IMG/VR virus record: IMGVR_UViG_3300025357_000051
Location: 1-25,336 of that record
DNA: 25,336 nt
Source: a virus
Taxonomy: Duplodnaviria; Caudoviricetes
Direction: 5' to 3' (one strand)
In this document: positions 9,660-16,476 of the stretch, piece by piece
Numbering within the stretch: the first letter of the stretch is position 1
Layout of the letters: the number at the start of each line of letters is the position of its first letter
Notes under the pieces: model-generated
What the model saw: only the letters and a program-made list of their open reading frames with translations
What the model was told of the DNA's origin: nothing
Database searches by the model: none
Made by a program: the position numbers and the translations under genes

Positions 9660-9818
9660 ATGTTTGAGATTTCTGAAGAAACAAAAGCAAATGCTATCAA
9701 AGCAATAAAAGAAATTCTTTCTAAAGATGGTGTCAATGATAGTCATTTAACGGATGAAGTATTAGGAGAGGCATTTGATGCCGCGGTAGCAGCAGTAAAA
9801 GCACAGTTTGGTATGTGA
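9660..9818 (+). CDS. Hypothetical protein (52 aa, not in ORF track)
   Basis: MFEISEETKANAIKAIKEILSKDGVNDSHLTDEVLGEAFDAAVAAVKAQFGM*. AGGAG RBS and TGATG overlap with the next gene. Confidence 0.75.
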   Translation: MFEISEETKANAIKAIKEILSKDGVNDSHLTDEVLGEAFDAAVAAVKAQFGM

Positions 9819-10372
9819 TGAACAATTTTATTGGTTCTTGGTTTTTAAATGATCTATCAATTTGTGATAAATTAATAGATTATTATGAACAAGAAAAAGA
9901 AAGAGAACTTGAAGGTACTAGTTTTAAAGGTATTGATCATTCTATAAAAAAATGTAAAGAAATATATTTTGATTATGATGAACCTATAATGCTAGAATAT
10001 TCACATATTCATTTACAAAAAGTTTGTAATGAATATATAAAAAAATATGAATTTTGCCTGAATAGTTCACAATGGAGTGTTAAAGAAAATGTAAAAATTC
10101 AAAAATATTATCCACAAGACGGTTATTTTGCATGGCATTGTGAAAGAGGTAGTTGTAAGTATCCTGTAAACAACAGACATTTGGTATACTTAACTTATTT
10201 GAATGATGTTACTGATGAAGGAGAAACAGAATTCTTTTATCAAAACTTAAAAGTTAAACCTCAAAAAGGATTAACTTTGATATGGCCGGCGGATTGGACA
10301 CATACACACAGAGGTAATCCTAGTCCAACACAAACGAAATATATTATAACCGGATGGTATCATTATATATAA
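9818..10372 (+). CDS. 2OG-Fe(II) oxygenase (prolyl-hydroxylase-like)
   Basis: IQKY, WHCE (HxE), YLNDV..GETEF, IWPADWTHTHRG, KYIITGW. Confidence 0.88.
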   Translation: MNNFIGSWFLNDLSICDKLIDYYEQEKERELEGTSFKGIDHSIKKCKEIYFDYDEPIMLEYSHIHLQKVCNEYIKKYEFCLNSSQWSVKENVKIQKYYPQDGYFAWHCERGSCKYPVNNRHLVYLTYLNDVTDEGETEFFYQNLKVKPQKGLTLIWPADWTHTHRGNPSPTQTKYIITGWYHYI

Positions 10373-10383
10373 AGGAAAATAAT

Positions 10384-10818
10384 ATGAAAAGATTACTATT
10401 GGCTACGGCCGTTTTATTATCAATTACATCAACGGCAAATGCCAATTTTATTGATGATATATTTGGAGGAGAAAATGTTACACCAACTAAAAGTCGTTAT
10501 CATACTAATATTGGTCATGATGATAGTGGCCGCATTTCCTCTGGGAGCAAAATGGTTGCTTCTTACTACGGGCATGGTGAAAGATTGGCCCGCCATACGG
10601 CTTCCGGTGCAGTGTTCAATCCTCACGGACACACAGCAGCCCATAAAACACTTCCATTTGGCACGGTTCTCCGTGTCTGTCATAGAGGTTGCGTAAATGT
10701 CACTATCAATGATAGAGGTCCTTTCGTTCGTGGTCGGCATCTTGATTTGTCCTATGGTGCTGCTAGGGCTATTGGTATGGGATCGACATCGACGGTAACG
10801 GTAGAGAGATTAAATTAA
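10384..10818 (+). CDS. rlpA: RlpA-like (DPBB) lytic transglycosylase with signal peptide
   Basis: ASYYG, TASG, TAAHKTLPFGT, INDRGPF, LDLSYGAA. Signal peptide MKRLLLATAVLLSITSTANA. AAGGA RBS. Confidence 0.92.
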   Translation: MKRLLLATAVLLSITSTANANFIDDIFGGENVTPTKSRYHTNIGHDDSGRISSGSKMVASYYGHGERLARHTASGAVFNPHGHTAAHKTLPFGTVLRVCHRGCVNVTINDRGPFVRGRHLDLSYGAARAIGMGSTSTVTVERLN

Positions 10819-10821
10819 CAC

Positions 10822-10850
10822 TTGACAAACCTTCCTGGTGCCTATATACT
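10822..10850 (+). promoter_or_regulatory. Sigma70-type promoter
   Basis: TTGACA-N17-TATACT, intergenic. Confidence 0.85.
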
Positions 10851-10855
10851 AGTGT

Positions 10856-10872
10856 ATGTTGCATTGCAGCAT
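10856..10872. promoter_or_regulatory. Palindromic operator, PhaR/AniA-box-like
   Basis: ATGTTGCA-T-TGCAGCAT at the predicted +1. Contains TGCATTGCAGCA (TGC-N3-GCA core). Confidence 0.55.
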
Positions 10873-10910
10873 TGTTTCGCTAACTTTAGGAAACTCAGAA
10901 AGGAAAAGAA

Positions 10911-11150
10911 ATGAATAAGGTTATTTCTCTCATCGCACTATTCTATTTCGCCAACCAGGCCGCCGCTGCCGATGCTGGTGAATATAAACCAGAAACATTT
11001 GAGAACTATGGATATGCTTCTGCTGCCTCCGTCTTCGGTGGTACAGAACTAAAAGGTGGACTTCGTGGTGCGCAAGTGGCAATTGCCCAGCATAAAGAAA
11101 ACTCCTATTATCCAGGATATACTGTTACGCATCCGCAGACTACTAAATAA
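10911..11150 (+). CDS. Small exported protein (79 aa)
   Basis: Signal peptide MNKVISLIALFYFANQAAA, own promoter, AAGGA RBS. Confidence 0.8.
   Translation: MNKVISLIALFYFANQAAAADAGEYKPETFENYGYASAASVFGGTELKGGLRGAQVAIAQHKENSYYPGYTVTHPQTTK
11142..11149 (+). promoter_or_regulatory. T4-like late promoter
   Basis: ACTAAATA at the gene boundary, followed by a short AGAGAT/ATCTCT hairpin. Confidence 0.55.
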
Positions 11151-11178
11151 GAGATATTAAAACATCTCTAGGGTTAAA

Positions 11179-12081
11179 ATGTGTATCATAGCAGCAAAAT
11201 ACTTCAAAGATACAGGTTGGGTTTTAGCCAAGAATAGAGATCAAGATTATATCTCCCACGTATCATTCCGTGACGAGCAGAAAACTAAGGTCGGAGAAAT
11301 CCTAGTTATGTTTGACCATGACATCTCATACCAAGAAGGTATGAACCATGATGGTCTGGTCATAATGACAACTAGTCTTACTCCGGTCCTTACTCAAGAA
11401 ACAAATAAAAAAGACGGTGATGATATCTACAAAGCACTCCATATGGAACAAATGGATGCCGTCAAATACCTAATCGACCAGAAAATGACTGGTTTTATCT
11501 TTGTAGCAACTCCCAAAAAATTAGTATTGATTGAGGCTGCCAGAGAGAATGATGGCACTGGTGAATATAAGTCCGTTGTTCGTGTTATACCTACCACAGA
11601 AATCGTTGTTAGAACCAATCATGGTGTCCGTCTACCTTGGGCCGGATTCCAGTATGGTATTGATGAGAAGCAGGACGTATGGAGAAAGTCCAGCGAGATG
11701 AGAAAGCGTTTGGCTGAAAAGGTTATGGTCAAGGCCAACTCTCCAGTAGAAATGTTGGATGCTCTTGCCGAGTGGCAGACAGATGATTTGCAAATGAACC
11801 CGTTCCGTGTTGAAAACAAACCAAGACAAATGAGAACCATTTTCCAGTGGGCATTAGTTCCATCCGAGGACATAGCAATCATTCGTCCTATACAGACCAA
11901 AATGGATCTTAAAGTTTCTCACCAAAAACTCCACATAAAAGTCCTAGATAACAAATATATTGAGAAAATCTATGACGGAAGGATTCGCCACTTTTCCAAG
12001 ATTAATGTCCTTAATAACGGAAAAGAATGTAAAACGGTAATCCGAGAAAGTAGGAAATCATTCAAAGAATTTATAAACTAG
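11179..12081 (+). CDS. Putative N-terminal-nucleophile (Ntn) hydrolase
   Basis: Cys2 after Met (MCIIAA), KNRD, EGMN..GL and RTNH, the pattern of Cys-type Ntn amidases. Confidence 0.7.
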   Translation: MCIIAAKYFKDTGWVLAKNRDQDYISHVSFRDEQKTKVGEILVMFDHDISYQEGMNHDGLVIMTTSLTPVLTQETNKKDGDDIYKALHMEQMDAVKYLIDQKMTGFIFVATPKKLVLIEAARENDGTGEYKSVVRVIPTTEIVVRTNHGVRLPWAGFQYGIDEKQDVWRKSSEMRKRLAEKVMVKANSPVEMLDALAEWQTDDLQMNPFRVENKPRQMRTIFQWALVPSEDIAIIRPIQTKMDLKVSHQKLHIKVLDNKYIEKIYDGRIRHFSKINVLNNGKECKTVIRESRKSFKEFIN

Positions 12082-12110
12082 TTGACAAGATTTGTTCCTT
12101 GTGATAGGAT
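12082..12110 (+). promoter_or_regulatory. Sigma70-type promoter (extended -10)
   Basis: TTGACA-N17-TAGGAT with TGn before the -10 box. Confidence 0.75.
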
Positions 12111-12132
12111 ACAATATAACTCATGAAAGGTT

Positions 12133-12495
12133 ATGGAAATGAAAAAGCAAGTTATCGCAATTGTTGCTGCTATCGGAATTAGTTTTGCTGCTGCTTCTCC
12201 CGCTAAGGCCTGGGGTTATGGTTATGGCGGTGGATGGGGCGGTATGGGTTATGCTGGCGCTTGGGGTTATGGTGGTGGTTGGGGTTACGGTTATGGTGGA
12301 TATGGTGCTGCTATGCTCGGTGCTGGCCTTGTAGGCGGTATCATTGGTGGTGCCCTTGCTGCTCCTGCATATGGTTATGCCGTTCCTGCTTATGGCTATG
12401 GTTATGCTCCTGCCCAACGTCCAGTCCGTAAGAATGTAATTATTAAGAATAGTCCTGGTGCTACTGTTATTGAGGAAGATGATTTCGGATGGTAA
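12133..12495 (+). CDS. Exported Gly/Tyr-rich low-complexity protein of rhizobial type
   Basis: Signal peptide ending PAKA, WGYGYGGG repeats, and a glycine-zipper-like AAMLGAGLVGGIIGGALAAP. The start may be 12139. Confidence 0.8.
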   Translation: MEMKKQVIAIVAAIGISFAAASPAKAWGYGYGGGWGGMGYAGAWGYGGGWGYGYGGYGAAMLGAGLVGGIIGGALAAPAYGYAVPAYGYGYAPAQRPVRKNVIIKNSPGATVIEEDDFGW

Positions 12496-12504
12496 GAGGT
12501 AAAT

Positions 12505-13119
12505 ATGTTCGACATAAATGAAAATCTGGCCATATATTATGAACAATATAATGGTAGTAAGTTTTTCACGGTCGACAACTTTCTCAAAAAACCTGAAACT
12601 CTAATGGATTTTTTAAAAGAAAATCCTGCTTCTTTTCACAAGGAAAATCAGACTCCTTCATTTAACAAAATACATTTTTTGGATAGACGACATGAAATTT
12701 ATTGCCCGGAATTCATCATTAAACTATCAAAATTATTTGACATAGAAGGACAATATATTAGTCCAAATTATGTTTACACAAATGTGACTAAAATGATTAC
12801 AAAAGAATTTAATGACTATCAAAATAACTATTGGTGGCCACATTTAGATTCAGGACTAATATGTTTATTATATCTAAATGAATATGACGGGCCCGGTACA
12901 AACATATATGAAAGAGTAGATGATGATGAAATTGTGTATTCCGAACACTATGAACCGTGGAGGAAAAAGAAAAAGTATAAAATAGTAAAAACTTTTGGTG
13001 CAAAATATAATAGAATGATTGCCTTTGATGCTGGTAAGTTTTTGCATGGAATGGCAATAGATGATGACACATTTTTTGAAACAGACAGAATAAATTTGGT
13101 AGTATTTTTCCATCAATAA
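12505..13119 (+). CDS. Putative 2OG-Fe(II) oxygenase
   Basis: WPHLD, LLYLN...GT, KYNR, LHG, terminal R.NLVVFF. Confidence 0.75.
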   Translation: MFDINENLAIYYEQYNGSKFFTVDNFLKKPETLMDFLKENPASFHKENQTPSFNKIHFLDRRHEIYCPEFIIKLSKLFDIEGQYISPNYVYTNVTKMITKEFNDYQNNYWWPHLDSGLICLLYLNEYDGPGTNIYERVDDDEIVYSEHYEPWRKKKKYKIVKTFGAKYNRMIAFDAGKFLHGMAIDDDTFFETDRINLVVFFHQ

Positions 13120-13129
13120 AGAGGTAAAC

Positions 13130-13414
13130 ATGTGCTACTATACAATTACATCAGATAAACAGGATAAGGAAGGACATCTACAGGCAATCATGATTATTGA
13201 TGCTGAAGATGAGGAGATGGCTAAGCGAGAGTATATTAAGACCTTCAAACTTTATGATTATAAGGTTTCAGAAGGTATCCGTATCCCTGATGGGTTTCAA
13301 GGACTACTAACTGAACCTATCAAAAAGACTTTACTAAAACATATTACAGGTCGGTCACACACTCCGCTTGTAAGTTATAGTAACCGTATTCACATAAAAT
13401 ATGATGAGGAATAA
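13130..13414 (+). CDS. Hypothetical protein (94 aa)
   Basis: GAGG RBS and tight packing with neighbours. Confidence 0.75.
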   Translation: MCYYTITSDKQDKEGHLQAIMIIDAEDEEMAKREYIKTFKLYDYKVSEGIRIPDGFQGLLTEPIKKTLLKHITGRSHTPLVSYSNRIHIKYDEE

Positions 13415-13415
13415 A

Positions 13416-13757
13416 ATGAAAAAGTTAATAATTCTTGCCGCAATTCTTGCCTCGTTTTCAGCACAGGCTAAGTCTCAACCTAAAAAAGATGAACTGCCTA
13501 TTTGTGAGTCCAAAGAAAATGTTATTAAGTATATGGAAGAGGCCAAGTTTTTTCCTCTTCTTAATATGACTAACAAGGAAGGTGTGGTGGAGACTATTTG
13601 GATTACAGGTACCACTATTGCTATCACCACCAGTCCGCCTAAGAGTGAGATGACTTGCCTTATTGCTATGATGAAAGATGTTGTTTATAATTCCGATACC
13701 GTTGAAGGACTCTATAAAGTATTTGAGGCACAATTAAATAAAGAAAAAGGCATTTAA
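13416..13757 (+). CDS. Exported hypothetical protein
   Basis: Signal peptide MKKLIILAAILASFSAQA, GAGGA RBS, two Cys. Confidence 0.8.
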   Translation: MKKLIILAAILASFSAQAKSQPKKDELPICESKENVIKYMEEAKFFPLLNMTNKEGVVETIWITGTTIAITTSPPKSEMTCLIAMMKDVVYNSDTVEGLYKVFEAQLNKEKGI

Positions 13758-13758
13758 A

Positions 13759-14373
13759 ATGACACCAGAAATTGAAACTTTGTTTCCTGAACCTATACTT
13801 TCTAATCATATAGGAAGAAAATTTACTGTTGAGGAATTAAAAGTTGTGGATTATCATTTAAATAATACCGTGAGTGGTGAATCAGGAAATCGTTTTTCTA
13901 AAGAACAGAGAGTATTAGAAAATGATAAATTGAAAGATATAAAAAAATTTATTCAAGAAAATATAAATTTTTATATTCAAAATATTGAACAACCTTCAAA
14001 TACATATGAAACTTATATAACACATTCATTTTTTGCTTTTTTTGATAAAAATCAATATCATAAACAGCACATTCATCAAAACAGTTATATAGCAGGTATT
14101 CTTTATATAAAAACTAATGAAGACCAGGATAAAATTTTTTTCCATAAAAGAAATCGAAGTTTTTTGGAAATAGAAAGAGAAGTATATAATAAATTTAATT
14201 CGGACTCTTGGTGGTTTCCGGTCTCAACCGGTAAATTAATATTATTCCCTGCTCATCTATGGCATTCTGTTGAAAGAGTGACTAGTGATGAAACAAGAAT
14301 TAGTTTGGTATTTAATACCTTCATAAGAGGAAACATAGGACGTGAAAGTAAATGTACCGATATTATGATATAG
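13759..14373 (+). CDS. Putative 2OG-Fe(II) oxygenase (TIGR02466-like)
   Basis: LFP, HIHQNSYIAGILY, LILFPAHLWHSV, RISLVFN. Confidence 0.85.
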   Translation: MTPEIETLFPEPILSNHIGRKFTVEELKVVDYHLNNTVSGESGNRFSKEQRVLENDKLKDIKKFIQENINFYIQNIEQPSNTYETYITHSFFAFFDKNQYHKQHIHQNSYIAGILYIKTNEDQDKIFFHKRNRSFLEIEREVYNKFNSDSWWFPVSTGKLILFPAHLWHSVERVTSDETRISLVFNTFIRGNIGRESKCTDIMI

Positions 14374-14385
14374 GGTGTAAAAGTG

Positions 14386-14460
14386 CCTAAATAAGAATTC
14401 CATATTCTTCGGAATGTGGTAGCCACCTGACCACGAAGGTACTGGCCGGTGGCACTTAAC
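14386..14460 (+). promoter_or_regulatory. Late promoter followed by a GC-rich structured region
   Basis: CCTAAATA (14386-14393), CCATATTC-TTCG-GAATGTGG hairpin (14400-14419), GCCACC/GGTGGC stem (14422-14453). Confidence 0.6.
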
Positions 14461-14520
14461 TATTATTGTAGGTCGCGGATGGCCGTCCCACCTACTCTAA
14501 TGCTTTTCTGGAGCACCAGC
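14461..14520 (+). repeat. Conserved 60-nt structured leader, copy B
   Basis: 48/60 ungapped identity to the reverse complement of 6721-6780. Confidence 0.9.
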
Positions 14521-14521
14521 A

Positions 14522-15046
14522 ATGGATATTTATAAAAACCTATCAGACGCATTAGGTATAGAACATATACCTTCTTCCGATTCATCTCCCCAAAACAACT
14601 TTATTCCTTTATTTTCTAACAGGAGCGGATTTGAGGGAAAAAATCATACGGATGAAACTAAGTTATTGCTATCTAAACCAAAGTCGGAAGAGACAAAACA
14701 AAAGATTAGTGCTACTATGAAGTCACTAGGATATATACCGCCCTCTCAAAAAGGTGTAAAAAGAACAGAAGAAACAAAAGCAAAGATAAGTATTTCTATA
14801 AGAAAATCTATATCAAAAGGAAAAAATAAAAATATTATTAGAAATAAGGATCCTAAAACAGATACACACAAACAAAAGATTAGTATATCGGTAAGCGCAC
14901 GATTGAGTTGTCCGGAAATAAAAGAAAAGATGTGTAAACCAAGAAAAGAAATGTGTTGTCCTGTTTGTGGATTAGTTGGTCGTGGTGGTATTATGAAGAG
15001 ATACCATTTCACCAACTGTAAAAGCATCCCCAAATCAATGGGGTGA
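14522..15046 (+). CDS. NUMOD3-repeat/Zn-finger protein lacking a recognisable nuclease domain
   Basis: HTDETK, KSEETKQKIS, RTEETKAKIS and KTDTHKQKIS repeats. C-terminal CPVCG...MKRYHFTNCK. No GIY-YIG or HNH motif. Confidence 0.8.
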   Translation: MDIYKNLSDALGIEHIPSSDSSPQNNFIPLFSNRSGFEGKNHTDETKLLLSKPKSEETKQKISATMKSLGYIPPSQKGVKRTEETKAKISISIRKSISKGKNKNIIRNKDPKTDTHKQKISISVSARLSCPEIKEKMCKPRKEMCCPVCGLVGRGGIMKRYHFTNCKSIPKSMG

Positions 15047-15097
15047 AGTCCAAAGGCTAACCTTAGGTTTTGGATGGATAAAAGGAAGGAAATACCA

Positions 15098-15622
15098 ATG
15101 AAGAAGATTATTCTAGCCGCTGCGGCGGCCTCTGTTATGTTTGCGTTGAGCGGCATGGCAGAAGCCAGAGTCCACTACGGCAAACATAGTCAATATTCAG
15201 GCCAATCCGTAGAAGAGGAATCCGATCCACTCGCCGCCGTATTTGGTGGAGAAAATTGGAGTGTCTCACCTCAACCACGTTATAAGAACAATAGACAGGT
15301 CCGACAGTTCCACGAGGAGCAGGAAGAAAACTGGGGTTTCGCCGCAGCTTCTACTTCTCTGGTTGCTTACGGGCACCAACTACAGCGACAGGGGTTCCGT
15401 GTTTCGGAACATCCCGCATTTGGTGGAGTCCATCGTGTCCATCACGGGTGGGCCCATTACGCTGGCCGAGCCATTGATGTGAATGTTGGGCGCGGCGTTG
15501 TAGAAGCACGTTCTGGGTATGCACATAGATTTGACCAGCTGGCCGCCGATGCCAGAGCGGCTGGTTACACCGTCCTATGGCGGGTTCCTGGTCATTACAA
15601 TCATATACATATTCAGCGATAA
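15098..15622 (+). CDS. Exported protein with an M15/LAS-like Zn peptidase motif (putative cell-wall peptidase)
   Basis: Signal peptide ending MAEA, H-x6-D (HYAGRAID) and HxH (HYNHIH). AGGAAGG RBS. Confidence 0.7.
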   Translation: MKKIILAAAAASVMFALSGMAEARVHYGKHSQYSGQSVEEESDPLAAVFGGENWSVSPQPRYKNNRQVRQFHEEQEENWGFAAASTSLVAYGHQLQRQGFRVSEHPAFGGVHRVHHGWAHYAGRAIDVNVGRGVVEARSGYAHRFDQLAADARAAGYTVLWRVPGHYNHIHIQR

Positions 15623-15630
15623 TAAATAGG

Positions 15631-15655
15631 GGCGGGGAGAAATTCCCGCCTTTCT
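15631..15655 (+). terminator. Probable intrinsic terminator
   Basis: GGCGGGGA-GAAA-TTCCCGCC followed by TTTCT. Confidence 0.65.
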
Positions 15656-15670
15656 CTAACATTATGGAGA

Positions 15671-16252
15671 ATGAAAGTGGCTTTAGTAGAAAAAGAAGAA
15701 AAGAACTCACCGAACGTCCCAAGTTTAGAAGACCATCACTATTACATTTTTTCCTCCGACTTTGATAATGGTTCCACATCTGATGCTATGAGTTTTATTA
15801 TTGCTCGTAACCTTATGGCCGGCAAAGACCGTCCTAAGTTTATGAAGATGATTATTAACTCACCAGGCGGTAATGTGGCATCAGCATTTGCCCTTATTGA
15901 TACGATGAAGGGTTCCAAAATCCCAGTCTATACATACGGCATGGGCGAGATTGCTTCCTGTGGTCTATTGACCTTTATGGCAGGTGCTAAGGGCAAGCGT
16001 TTCATTACACCTAATACTGCTATTCTCTCTCATCAGTTTTCTTGGGGCACCATTGGTAAGGAACACGAACTGATGGCCTCAGTAAAAGAGTTTGAGAATA
16101 CCAGTGCCCGTATCATTTCACATTATAAGAAGTGTACCGGCCAGACCGAGGCAACAATCAAGAAGTATCTGCTACCTGCCGAAGATGTTTGGCTGACTCC
16201 AAAAGAGGCAATCAAGTATGGCCTGGCCGACGAGATTGTAGATTTTTACTAA
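15671..16252 (+). CDS. clpP: ClpP-family protease
   Basis: INSPGG, GEIASCG (Ser), SHQ (His), DVWLTPKEAIKYGLAD (Asp). GGAG RBS. Confidence 0.92.
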   Translation: MKVALVEKEEKNSPNVPSLEDHHYYIFSSDFDNGSTSDAMSFIIARNLMAGKDRPKFMKMIINSPGGNVASAFALIDTMKGSKIPVYTYGMGEIASCGLLTFMAGAKGKRFITPNTAILSHQFSWGTIGKEHELMASVKEFENTSARIISHYKKCTGQTEATIKKYLLPAEDVWLTPKEAIKYGLADEIVDFY

Positions 16253-16476
16253 TGCTGGAACTAAATACCATTGGTGCAAAGCGGCGTAAAGTGGCCGCCG
16301 AAAGAATAAAGATTTGTGAAGAGTGCCCGGAACTGGAGACAACTCTGTACCAGTGCAAGGTATGTATGTGCTTTATGAAAGGTAAAACTCTTTTTATGGA
16401 CTCTAAATGTCCGCTAGGTAAATGGGGAAAACATGAAGAACATAACAGACCTACCATGGATGACCATAGCAAATAA
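16252..16476 (+). CDS. Small Cys-rich putative metal-binding protein
   Basis: RIKICEECPEL...CKVCMCFMKGK...CPLGKW. TAATG coupling to clpP. Confidence 0.75.
   Translation: MLELNTIGAKRRKVAAERIKICEECPELETTLYQCKVCMCFMKGKTLFMDSKCPLGKWGKHEEHNRPTMDDHSK

Noticed and set aside
12121-12546. 141-aa minus-strand Thr/Ile-rich ORF and the GGTTAT/GGC repeats as a possible repeat array
   Set aside because: This is the antisense of Gly/Tyr codon repeats. There is no constant repeat-spacer period, so it is not CRISPR.
14422-14453. CTGACCA...CGAAG as a hammerhead ribozyme or known riboswitch
   Set aside because: It lacks the CUGANGA/GAAA core and matches no riboswitch consensus I can recognise. Kept only as an unknown structure.
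3300-15097. Longest-ORF starts given in the track (3300, 6789, 7075, 9815, 10354, 13401, 15074)
   Set aside because: Downstream starts have better RBSs, stop-start coupling or intact signal peptides.
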